From: Gemmatimonadales bacterium
GTDB taxonomy: Bacteria > Gemmatimonadota > Gemmatimonadetes > Gemmatimonadales > GWC2-71-9
Reading direction: 5' to 3'
Assembly (NCBI GenBank): GCA_041613315.1
Contig: JBFJHJ010000012.1
Location: forward strand, 1 to 64,000
Length of the DNA stretch: 64,000 bases
The notes under the pieces are model-generated. The model worked only from the letters and a program-made list of their open reading frames with translations. It ran no database searches and was not told the origin of the DNA. Positions 27,006 to 35,194 of the stretch are shown one piece after another. Numbering within the stretch: the stretch's first letter is position 1; every line of letters starts with the position of its first letter. A program made the translations under genes and the position numbers.

Positions 27006-27389
27006 GTGCGGCGCGGTCATCGCCGTAGCGGTCTCCTGCCGGCTGCCATCCTGCTGCTCGTCGCGGGATGCGCAGCCGGCAGGTCCGCCGCGGACCCGGT
27101 GGTCCCCGAGGACGCCGTTGAGGTGCGTGTCCGCAACAACCTCACCCCGCGGACCCTCGTCACGGTGCGGATCTTCTCCCGCTCGGGCGCCCGGACCTTC
27201 CTGGGCGCCGTGGCCCCGGGCGACACGAAGTCCCTCACCTTTCGTGAGGCGATGTTCGAAAGCCGTTACCAATTGGTGGCGACGGGAGAAGACGGTCAGG
27301 AGATCCGCTCGCGCGATTTCGACATGTATCTCGGGGCGCGCGTCGTGTGGACCCTCAAGACCAACGTGCTCGACATCGGGCCACGCTGA
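27006..27389 (+). CDS. Hypothetical lipoprotein
   Basis: Lipobox LVAGC; small beta-rich domain (VRVRNN...FLGAVAPG); start uncertain. Confidence 0.65.
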   Translation: MRRGHRRSGLLPAAILLLVAGCAAGRSAADPVVPEDAVEVRVRNNLTPRTLVTVRIFSRSGARTFLGAVAPGDTKSLTFREAMFESRYQLVATGEDGQEIRSRDFDMYLGARVVWTLKTNVLDIGPR

Positions 27390-27398
27390 GGCTTCGTG

Positions 27399-27902
27399 AT
27401 GACCCAACGTGGTGAGCCACCGCCGCGGGGCGGTCGGCGTCTCGCGCGACGGCCCATGCCAGGAGGGCCGGTGACCTGGCTGGCCGTCGCGGTGCTGTGC
27501 GGCGGTTGCGTCGCGTACGTGCCGGTGCGCGAGGGGGCTCCCCCGTTGCAGCGCGGCGCGGTGGTGCGGGCCACCCTCTCGAGTCCTGCCGAAGTGCCGC
27601 TTACGAACATCACCGCGCGCGGCGTCCAGGTGGTGGAGGGCGAGGTCGTCGAGTCGAACGGCGAGGAGCTCGTGCTGTCGGCCTTGTGGCTCCGCTCGAC
27701 GAACGGTGCGGAGCATAGGGGGATCGGCGAGACCGTCAACGTCGCGTGGCAGGGGATCGCCCAGGTCGAGGTCCGGCGCCTCTCGGCCGTGCGGACCGGG
27801 CTGCTGGCGGGCGTTCTCGCGCTCTTCGCCGTCCTGGCCAACGCCGCCCTCATCGGCGGCGGGGGCGAAGAACCACCGCCGCCGCCGCCGCCGCCCCTGT
27901 GA
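27399..27902 (+). CDS. Hypothetical lipoprotein with C-terminal TM helix (paralog of 44215-44667)
   Basis: Lipobox-like LCGGC; VEGEVV...LVLSA...RRLSAVRTGLLAG; Gly/Pro tail. Confidence 0.65.
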   Translation: MTQRGEPPPRGGRRLARRPMPGGPVTWLAVAVLCGGCVAYVPVREGAPPLQRGAVVRATLSSPAEVPLTNITARGVQVVEGEVVESNGEELVLSALWLRSTNGAEHRGIGETVNVAWQGIAQVEVRRLSAVRTGLLAGVLALFAVLANAALIGGGGEEPPPPPPPPL

Positions 27903-27940
27903 GTCCGGTGCGGACCGCCGATCGCGTACCGCCGTTGACG

Positions 27941-29080
27941 ATGTCCCGACGTCGGATCGCCATGGTCGTCGGCATGGTGCTCGTCCCGCTCGTGAGCACG
28001 TGCGGCTCGGAGCCCGTCGGCCCCGGCACGACGGCGTTCACCTCGCTCTCCGCCGGTGGCCTCCATACCTGTGCCCTCACCGCGACGGGACAGGCGTTCT
28101 GCTGGGGGTTCAACGACGAGGGCCAACTCGGCGACGGGTCGACCACGGCCCGTGCGGCCCCCGCCGCCGTCTCCGGCGGAACCGCGTTCGCCGCGCTGGA
28201 AGCGGGAACTCCGCACACCTGCGCGGTGACCACAAGCGGGGCGGCCTTCTGCTGGGGGCAGAACTTTCGCGGTCAGCTCGGGGACGGGACGGACGTTGCG
28301 CGGTCGTCCCCGGTCGCCGTGAGCGGCGGCCTCGGCTTCGCCACCGTCCATCCTGGAGGCACGCACACCTGCGGCGTGACGGTCGCGGGGGTGGCCTACT
28401 GCTGGGGCGACAACGAGCGCGGTCAGCTGGGAGACGGGACCGGGACCACGCAGCTCGCGCCGAGCGCCGCGACCGGCGGTCTCGTATTTCAGCACATCGC
28501 CACCGGTGCCGCGCACTCCTGCGGCCTCACGACCGGTGGCGAAGCCTACTGTTGGGGCGGCGGCGCCGCCGGGCAGTTGGGGACGGGGTTTCCCAACGAT
28601 CAGGCGGAGCCCGCGATGGTGGTCACCGATCTCCGCTTCAGCGCCATCGTGACGGGCGGCTCCCACAGCTGCGCGCTCGAGGTGGGGGGCGAGCTCCATT
28701 GCTGGGGCGACAACGACTTCGGCCAGCTCGGGCTCGGGAACCAGGTGCGGCGCGGCACGCCGGTGCGCGTCGGCGACTTATTCTTCGCGCGCGTGAGTGC
28801 GGGCCTCGACCACACCTGTGCGGTGACCGCGGCGGGCGTCGCCTACTGTTGGGGCCGCAACGATCGCGGCCAGCTCGGTGACGGGTCCCGCGACGACCGG
28901 AGAGCGCCGGTGCAGGTGCGCGGCGGGTTCGCGTTCCGAGCGATCACGGCCGGGGGATTGCACACGTGCGGCGTGACGACCGCCGGGGAGGCCTACTGCT
29001 GGGGGTGGAACGACAACGGCCAACTCGGGATGACGGCCGGCTCCGACCAGTTGCAGCCGGTGCCGGTCCCGAGTCCGTAG
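27941..29080 (+). CDS. RCC1-repeat beta-propeller lipoprotein (RCC1-A)
   Basis: Seven repeats of G..H[TS]C.....G.A.CWG.N..GQLG; signal peptide with Cys (LVSTC). Confidence 0.9.
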   Translation: MSRRRIAMVVGMVLVPLVSTCGSEPVGPGTTAFTSLSAGGLHTCALTATGQAFCWGFNDEGQLGDGSTTARAAPAAVSGGTAFAALEAGTPHTCAVTTSGAAFCWGQNFRGQLGDGTDVARSSPVAVSGGLGFATVHPGGTHTCGVTVAGVAYCWGDNERGQLGDGTGTTQLAPSAATGGLVFQHIATGAAHSCGLTTGGEAYCWGGGAAGQLGTGFPNDQAEPAMVVTDLRFSAIVTGGSHSCALEVGGELHCWGDNDFGQLGLGNQVRRGTPVRVGDLFFARVSAGLDHTCAVTAAGVAYCWGRNDRGQLGDGSRDDRRAPVQVRGGFAFRAITAGGLHTCGVTTAGEAYCWGWNDNGQLGMTAGSDQLQPVPVPSP

Positions 29081-29158
29081 CGGCACGCACGGACGGACGC
29101 CACCGGCGGCGGCGCAACGTCCGTCTCGATCAGGCGGCCGGCGGCGGTCTTGACTGGC

Positions 29159-29929
29159 CTATCGGAACGGCCGCGACTTCGTCCACATCACGATGACGCC
29201 GCAGGCGGCGTTCGAACCGGTGAACTCGCCGGGGATCTCTCCGGGGCCGCGGTAGATCTCGATCCCGTAGATGTCGCGGATCGGGGTATTCTCGTGGAAC
29301 GAGCGGACCTCTACGCCGTCAATCCACCAGGTCGGCTGGCATTGGGGGGCGCGGGCCATGACCGCGAAGCACTCGAATGTCTGCTGGTTGCATTGGATGC
29401 GGACCCCACGGACGGTCCGGAGGGCATCCCCCGCCGAGCTGTACCCCCGCTCGATCAGCTCGTCCCATCGGAGGTAGGCGCCCAGCCCGCGCTTCCGTCG
29501 CCGTTCGAAGTCCAAGTAGCGCGGCATGAGCTGGTCGGCGCGGGCCTGCACGACCAGCTCCGGCAGCCGGTGTCCCGTGAAGGTGAGAGCGAAGACCCAG
29601 TCCAGCTCGCCCGAAAGGGGAAGGCGAACGGTAGAGACACCGGTGGCGTACCCCAGCACGTGAATCGTGACCTCCACATCTCCCGCGTGGAGTTCCGGGG
29701 CCTCGAACCGACCAAGAGTGTCCGTGGTGAGGGAAGGGTGGCCGGGCCGGATCTGGACGACGGCCCCCGGGAGTGGGTGGCCTGTTTCGCTGTCGATGAC
29801 GCGTCCCCGAAGTGTCGCCTGGGCGGTGCCGGTTTCCGGACCGATCGCGACCCCGAGTAGGGCTGCCAGCAGGGCTCCGGCCAGGATGCCGGCTCCGGCG
29901 GTGCGGCTCGGCGGTGCTCTAGGGATCAC
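29159..29929 (-). CDS. Carboxypeptidase-regulatory-like domain plus TonB plug domain protein, no beta-barrel
   Basis: LRGRVIDSETGHPLPGA N-domain; WIDG...IYGIEIYRG...CGVIVMWTK plug end followed by stop. Confidence 0.8.
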   Translation of the reverse strand: MIPRAPPSRTAGAGILAGALLAALLGVAIGPETGTAQATLRGRVIDSETGHPLPGAVVQIRPGHPSLTTDTLGRFEAPELHAGDVEVTIHVLGYATGVSTVRLPLSGELDWVFALTFTGHRLPELVVQARADQLMPRYLDFERRRKRGLGAYLRWDELIERGYSSAGDALRTVRGVRIQCNQQTFECFAVMARAPQCQPTWWIDGVEVRSFHENTPIRDIYGIEIYRGPGEIPGEFTGSNAACGVIVMWTKSRPFR

Positions 29930-30163
29930 GAGACTGCTCCATTGGCCCCTATTGCGCAATCATGTACCAGGTGTAAGATAGCCCCTATCTCAGTGCTCTA
30001 CCAACAGGCCCAAGAGTTGCCCAACGTACGGCCGATTCCACGCTCACGCGAAGCGTCGGCATTGCCCCGCGATGCTCGGCCCTTTGCGTCAGTGCGGCTC
30101 GGCCGAGGCCCGCGGGGATTCCGCAGTCGCAGGTCGTTCTCCGCTTAATCAGCAAGGAGGCCG

Positions 30164-33100
30164 ATGATGCGCGTTTCACGTCGTGGTCCGCTGGCGGTCG
30201 GCAGTGCCGCTGCGGCATTCGTGGCCCTCATCGCCAGTCCGCTCGTGGCGCAGGACGCGGTCATTACTGGCCGCGTTGTCTCGGAGCGTGGCGATCCGGT
30301 GGGTGGTGCCACCGTGACGGTGGCCAGCACCAACTTCGCGGCAGGCACGGCGGAGAACGGGACCTATACGATCACCATCGCCGCACCAGCCGTGCGCGGC
30401 CAGCAAGTGGTGCTGATGGCGCGATTCATCGGCTATCGACCCGCCAGCCGCACCATCACCCTCGGGCCGGGCACCCAGCAACAGAACTTCGAATTGGAGG
30501 CCGACCCCCTTCGCCTCGAGGAGGTCATCGTCACCGGCGTGGCGGAAGCCATGTCCGCGAAGAAGCTGACCTTTACGGTGGGGAAGGTGTCGGCGGAGCA
30601 ATTGCAGGAGGTCCCTGGGTCGAGCGCGCTTGTGGCTCTTCAGGGTAAGGTGGCTGGCGCCCGCCTGGTTCCGACCTCGAGCCAGCCTGGCGGCGAGGTG
30701 TCGATCCGGCTCCGCGGCGCTACCAGCATCGGAGGTACGCAGGATCCGCTGTTCGTCGTGGACGGGTTGATCACCCGGTTCGGTCTCGCGGACATCGCGC
30801 CCGAGGACGTGGAGCGGGTGGAAGTGATCAAGGGAGCCGCCGCGTCCTCGCTGTACGGCTCGAACGCGGCAAACGGGGTGGTGCAGGTCTTCACGAAGCG
30901 AGGGCGGTCGCTGGCTGAGGGCACGCTTCGGGTGACCACGCGCTTTGAGGCCGGCGTCAACAACATGCCAAAGCGGATGGAGTTCTCCCAGTCGCACGCG
31001 TGGGTAGCCTGCGGCACGACGCCCGGCGCACCCTGCGACCCGGCCGGTGTTTACGAGGTCACCCCAACCGGCGGCCGGATCACGGAGCCGGACCAGATCG
31101 CCGACAATCCGTTCTCGGTCCAATACGACCACTGGGACGCCCTGGTGAATCCTGGCGCGTTCTGGACAGGGTACATCTCGGTTGGGCAGCGGCGCGGAAC
31201 CACAAACTTCAACGCCTCGTTCCAGAACACCAACAACGAGGGCGTGATCTTCGGGCTCGGCGGGTACAACCGCCAGAACTTCCGGCTCAACCTCGACCAG
31301 CGTCTGCGCACCAATGTCGACGCGTCCTTTAGCACGTTCTACGGAACATCGACCAACGGGCGAGCAGAGGAGGGTCAGGGAGGACCGTTCTTCGGTCTCA
31401 TGTTCCTCCAGCCGGACGTGGACATCACTGCCACGTGTGGCGGAGTAGAGTTCTGCCCCATCGTGCCCCTGAGCGGCGACGTGGCCAACGACTTCAACCC
31501 CATGTACGAGCTGGCCAATCGGAAGATCAACCAGGACCGCACTCGGTTCATGGGGTCGGGCAGGGTACGGTGGTGGATGCGCGACTGGCTGACGGCGGAA
31601 GCCAGCTTCGCCTACGACCAAGAGTCGGAGGCCTTCAAGGACGTGACACCGTTCGGCTTCCAGACCTCCTCAGGCACCGAGCTTGCGGGGTCCCTCGTCA
31701 AGCTGATGAGAAACAACAGCCAGTACAACGCCGGCGCGACGCTCAGCAGCACCCGGACCTTTGGTGACATCACGAACACGACGAAGCTGGGCGTGACCTA
31801 CGAGAAGGAGCAGAACAGGCTGCTCGGAGACACGGCTAACACGCTGCTCGTGGCCCGCGTACCGGAGTACGCTGGCGCCGACCAGAGCACCATTCGGGTG
31901 GCCTCGCGCGAAGAGGATCTCCGGACCCAGAACTACTATGGCATCACCACGTTCGACATCAAGGACCGGTACATCGTGGATGCCTTGGTGCGGCGCGACG
32001 GGTCGTCACTGTTCGGGCCGGAGAGCCGGTGGGCCACCTACTTCCGCGTCTCGGGGGCGTGGCGGGTCACTGAGGACCTGCGGATCCCGGGCCTCGACGA
32101 GTTGCGGCTCCGGGCCTCCTACGGCACGGCGGGTCTGCGGCCCCAGTTCGACGACCAGTATGAAATCCTGACCGTGACCCCCGGTGGGTTCACCAAGGAG
32201 ATCCTGGGCAATCCGCTCCTCAAGCCGGCCCGCTCGGCGGAGCTGGAAGTGGGCACCAACATCGAGTTCGGGGGCGGCCGGTATAACTTCGAGTACACCT
32301 ACGCTGAGAAGAAAACCACCGACCAGATCCTCTTGGCCGATCTGCCCGCGGTGGCCGGCTTCAAGCAGCAATGGCAGAATACCGGCTCGCTCCGGTCGAG
32401 GACCCATGAGGCGACACTCGCGGCCCGCCTGATCAACAGCCGCACCACCACCTTCACCCTGAACATCGTGGGCGACCGGACCCGCCAGGTGATCACGGAG
32501 TGGGACCTGCCGGAGCGGCTGTACAGCTTCCAGCAGATGCCCGCTGCGTTCTTCCTGGGCCAGGGCTCGGATCTGGGGGTCATGTACGGCAACCGCTGGG
32601 TTCGCAACATCAACGACCTGTACGACGACCCGGCCAAGGCGGCCCAGTCCGGGCCCGGCCAGACGTGGGATCCCAACAATGTCATGGTCAACGAGGACGG
32701 CTTCGTCGTCCGGAGGGACGCCTACGGCACGATCAACGAACGGGCCATCAAATACACGTTCTGCAAGCGCGAGGACGCGAGCGGCACCTGCTTGGAGACG
32801 TCGCAGATCGTGGAGATCGGCAACGCCAACCCCGACTTCAACATGAGCTTCGGCACCACGTTCACTCACAAGCGACTCGTGGTGAATGCGTTGCTCGACT
32901 GGTCGAAGGGCGGCGACCTGTACAACGGGACCAGACAGTGGGCCTTCCAGGCGACCCGCGACCGAGTGCAGGATCAGGCCGGCAAGGGCCAAAACGACCC
33001 GACGTGTGGCACGGTATCTGACCCCATGCCAGCTTGCCCCAAGAAGGCGTTATCGTACTACGCGGTCGCGATCTACAACGGCCTCGATCCGAGCGACTTC

Positions 33101-33367
33101 TTCGTCGAGGACGGGTCGTACGCCAAACTCAAAGAGCTGTCGGTCCACTACACCTTCGTGGGCGACCAGCTCAGGGCAATCGGGTTGGGACGACTCCACC
33201 AGTTACGGCTCGGGTTCATCGCCCGCAACCTGTTCACGATCACCAACTATTCCGGGCTCGATCCGGAAGTGTCAGGCCTGTTCGGCGACCCGTTCCAGGT
33301 TCGGATGGATTGGTTCCAGTATCCGCAATTCCGGACCTTCTCGGCCGTCGTCGAGATCTCGTACTGA
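30164..33367 (+). CDS. SusC/RagA-family TonB-dependent transporter (SusC-2)
   Basis: RBS AAGGAGG; EEVIVTG; DIAPEDVERVEVIKGAAASSLYGSNAANGVVQVFTK; YSGLDPE; terminal aromatic residue. Confidence 0.93.
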   Translation: MMRVSRRGPLAVGSAAAAFVALIASPLVAQDAVITGRVVSERGDPVGGATVTVASTNFAAGTAENGTYTITIAAPAVRGQQVVLMARFIGYRPASRTITLGPGTQQQNFELEADPLRLEEVIVTGVAEAMSAKKLTFTVGKVSAEQLQEVPGSSALVALQGKVAGARLVPTSSQPGGEVSIRLRGATSIGGTQDPLFVVDGLITRFGLADIAPEDVERVEVIKGAAASSLYGSNAANGVVQVFTKRGRSLAEGTLRVTTRFEAGVNNMPKRMEFSQSHAWVACGTTPGAPCDPAGVYEVTPTGGRITEPDQIADNPFSVQYDHWDALVNPGAFWTGYISVGQRRGTTNFNASFQNTNNEGVIFGLGGYNRQNFRLNLDQRLRTNVDASFSTFYGTSTNGRAEEGQGGPFFGLMFLQPDVDITATCGGVEFCPIVPLSGDVANDFNPMYELANRKINQDRTRFMGSGRVRWWMRDWLTAEASFAYDQESEAFKDVTPFGFQTSSGTELAGSLVKLMRNNSQYNAGATLSSTRTFGDITNTTKLGVTYEKEQNRLLGDTANTLLVARVPEYAGADQSTIRVASREEDLRTQNYYGITTFDIKDRYIVDALVRRDGSSLFGPESRWATYFRVSGAWRVTEDLRIPGLDELRLRASYGTAGLRPQFDDQYEILTVTPGGFTKEILGNPLLKPARSAELEVGTNIEFGGGRYNFEYTYAEKKTTDQILLADLPAVAGFKQQWQNTGSLRSRTHEATLAARLINSRTTTFTLNIVGDRTRQVITEWDLPERLYSFQQMPAAFFLGQGSDLGVMYGNRWVRNINDLYDDPAKAAQSGPGQTWDPNNVMVNEDGFVVRRDAYGTINERAIKYTFCKREDASGTCLETSQIVEIGNANPDFNMSFGTTFTHKRLVVNALLDWSKGGDLYNGTRQWAFQATRDRVQDQAGKGQNDPTCGTVSDPMPACPKKALSYYAVAIYNGLDPSDFFVEDGSYAKLKELSVHYTFVGDQLRAIGLGRLHQLRLGFIARNLFTITNYSGLDPEVSGLFGDPFQVRMDWFQYPQFRTFSAVVEISY

Positions 33368-33380
33368 GGAGACGCCCGTC

Positions 33381-35102
33381 ATGAACCCACATAGAGCGAT
33401 TCCCAAGCTGCGGTTGTCGTCCCTGGCCACCGCCATGGCGGCGTTCGTCCTGGTAGCCGGCGCCTGCGACCTGGACATCGAGAACCCGAACGCCCCAGAC
33501 GCGCCGCGGGCCTTCGAGGATCCCGCCGGCCTCTCGGCGTTGCTGGGTGGCTCGATCAGAACCTGGGTCGCAACCCGTGGCGACTACTTGATTCAGGCCC
33601 CGAACATGATGGCCGACAACTACACCGCCTCGTGGAACAACGCGGCCATCCGGTTCTACAGCTCCGTCGGTTCCGACTGCCCGTCGCGGTGCGGCTGGAA
33701 CAACAGCGCCACGGCGCCCGAGGCTGCCGGCGGCCCAACCGTCGAAACCTCGTGGTACGGGTACAACTCGGTGCTCTCGTCGGCCAACGACGTGCTCGCG
33801 GCGATTGAGGGCGGCCTCTGCTTTGACTCCGACTGTGCCGCCGACAATACGCTGACGTCGCGCAACAAGGCGATCGCCAAGATGATGCAGGGAATGGCCT
33901 TCGCCGGCATCGCGCTGATGTACGATCAGGGCTTCGTGCTCGACGAGACCGCCGACCTGACCAACATTTCCGACATCGACTTCAACACCAGGGAAGAGGT
34001 GCGTGACGCCGCCCTGCAGAAATTCAACGAGGCGTGGACGGAGGCCGGGGCGAAGTCCTGGTCGACACCCGCCGCGTGGATGGGGGTCGGCGCCGGAAAA
34101 TCCTACACCAACGAACAGATCCGTCAGGTCATCCGAACCATGCAGGCCGAGCTGGTCGCCATGTTTCCGCGCAACGCCGCGGAGAATGCCCAGGCCGATT
34201 GGGCCAGCGTGGCGACGTTCGCCTCGCAGGGGATCAGCGTCGGCGCGTTCGACTGGGAGTTCTACGTCGATGCGACCGGCCGCGAATGCGGTGACCTCGA
34301 TTGCGTGAAGGTCTGGGGGAACTCCATCGGCACCGCGCGGGTGGACACGCGGGTGGCCAGCATGCTCGCGACCAACCACGCGCATCCATGGCCGGAACCC
34401 GGGGGTAATCCCTGCCCGACGGTATCGGCCGACCGGCGGGTGGGGGATGGCTCGTGGGGGCCGGAGGACGACTTCAACGGCTACTCGACCATTGCGGCGA
34501 CCGCCAACGCCGGCACCGACTTTGCCTGCTCGGGCGTGGTGATTTTCCCACCGGCGCGCGGCCAATACCACCAGAGCAACCTCGTGCACATCCGGTACGA
34601 GCGGCTGGCCTACCGGGGCGAGAACCTGCCAAGCTCCGACGGCACGGGGCAGGACCCGTTCTACACAGTTCAGATGAACGACCTGCTGTGGGCCGAGGGG
34701 CTGATCCGGAGTGGCGGCAACAAGGGGCAGGCGGCGCAGCTCATCAATAACAGCCGCGTGGGGCGGGGCGGGTTGCCCGCCTTGACCGGTGGCGAATCCG
34801 ACGCCGCGCTGCTCGCCGCGCTGCAGTACGAGCAGGAGATCGAGTTCATGGGTCAGGGCTCCACGCCGTTCTTCAATCGGCGCCGGGTCGACGGGCTGAT
34901 CGCCGACACGCCGAGGCACATGCCGGTCCCGGCGAAGGAGCTGGACGTGCTCTTGCGCGAGATCTACACGTTTGGCGGGCCGGGCAAGCCCGACATGTCG
35001 GTCGTCGGCGCCGGCGGAGGCGAGAGCAGCCGCACCAGGGTCCGGTCGGTCCGGGAGATCTGGGCGCACTACCTGGCTATGCGGCCCTCCAGGAGGTTCT
35101 GA
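33381..35102 (+). CDS. SusD/RagB-family lipoprotein (SusD-2)
   Basis: RBS GAGGAG; lipobox LVAGAC-DLDIENPN; LLWAE, IN.SR..RGGL, YEQEIE, MPVPAKE. Confidence 0.85.
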   Translation: MNPHRAIPKLRLSSLATAMAAFVLVAGACDLDIENPNAPDAPRAFEDPAGLSALLGGSIRTWVATRGDYLIQAPNMMADNYTASWNNAAIRFYSSVGSDCPSRCGWNNSATAPEAAGGPTVETSWYGYNSVLSSANDVLAAIEGGLCFDSDCAADNTLTSRNKAIAKMMQGMAFAGIALMYDQGFVLDETADLTNISDIDFNTREEVRDAALQKFNEAWTEAGAKSWSTPAAWMGVGAGKSYTNEQIRQVIRTMQAELVAMFPRNAAENAQADWASVATFASQGISVGAFDWEFYVDATGRECGDLDCVKVWGNSIGTARVDTRVASMLATNHAHPWPEPGGNPCPTVSADRRVGDGSWGPEDDFNGYSTIAATANAGTDFACSGVVIFPPARGQYHQSNLVHIRYERLAYRGENLPSSDGTGQDPFYTVQMNDLLWAEGLIRSGGNKGQAAQLINNSRVGRGGLPALTGGESDAALLAALQYEQEIEFMGQGSTPFFNRRRVDGLIADTPRHMPVPAKELDVLLREIYTFGGPGKPDMSVVGAGGGESSRTRVRSVREIWAHYLAMRPSRRF

Positions 35103-35129
35103 CGTCGGAATGCCGCAGGAGTGGCCAAC

Positions 35130-35163
35130 AAGAAGGGGCGGGATCACGATCCCGCCCCTTCTT
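35130..35163. terminator. Bidirectional intrinsic terminator
   Basis: AAGAAGGGGCGGGATC-AC-GATCCCGCCCCTTCTT perfect inverted repeat between convergent genes. Confidence 0.8.
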
Positions 35164-35194
35164 CATTATTGGATGAACGCGAGGGATTCCCTCC

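Noticed and set aside
27941..29080. Periodic DNA repeats (tgctggggc...cagctcgg) as a CRISPR or repeat array, also at 43009-44208
   Set aside because: They are in-frame RCC1 protein repeats with synonymous variation
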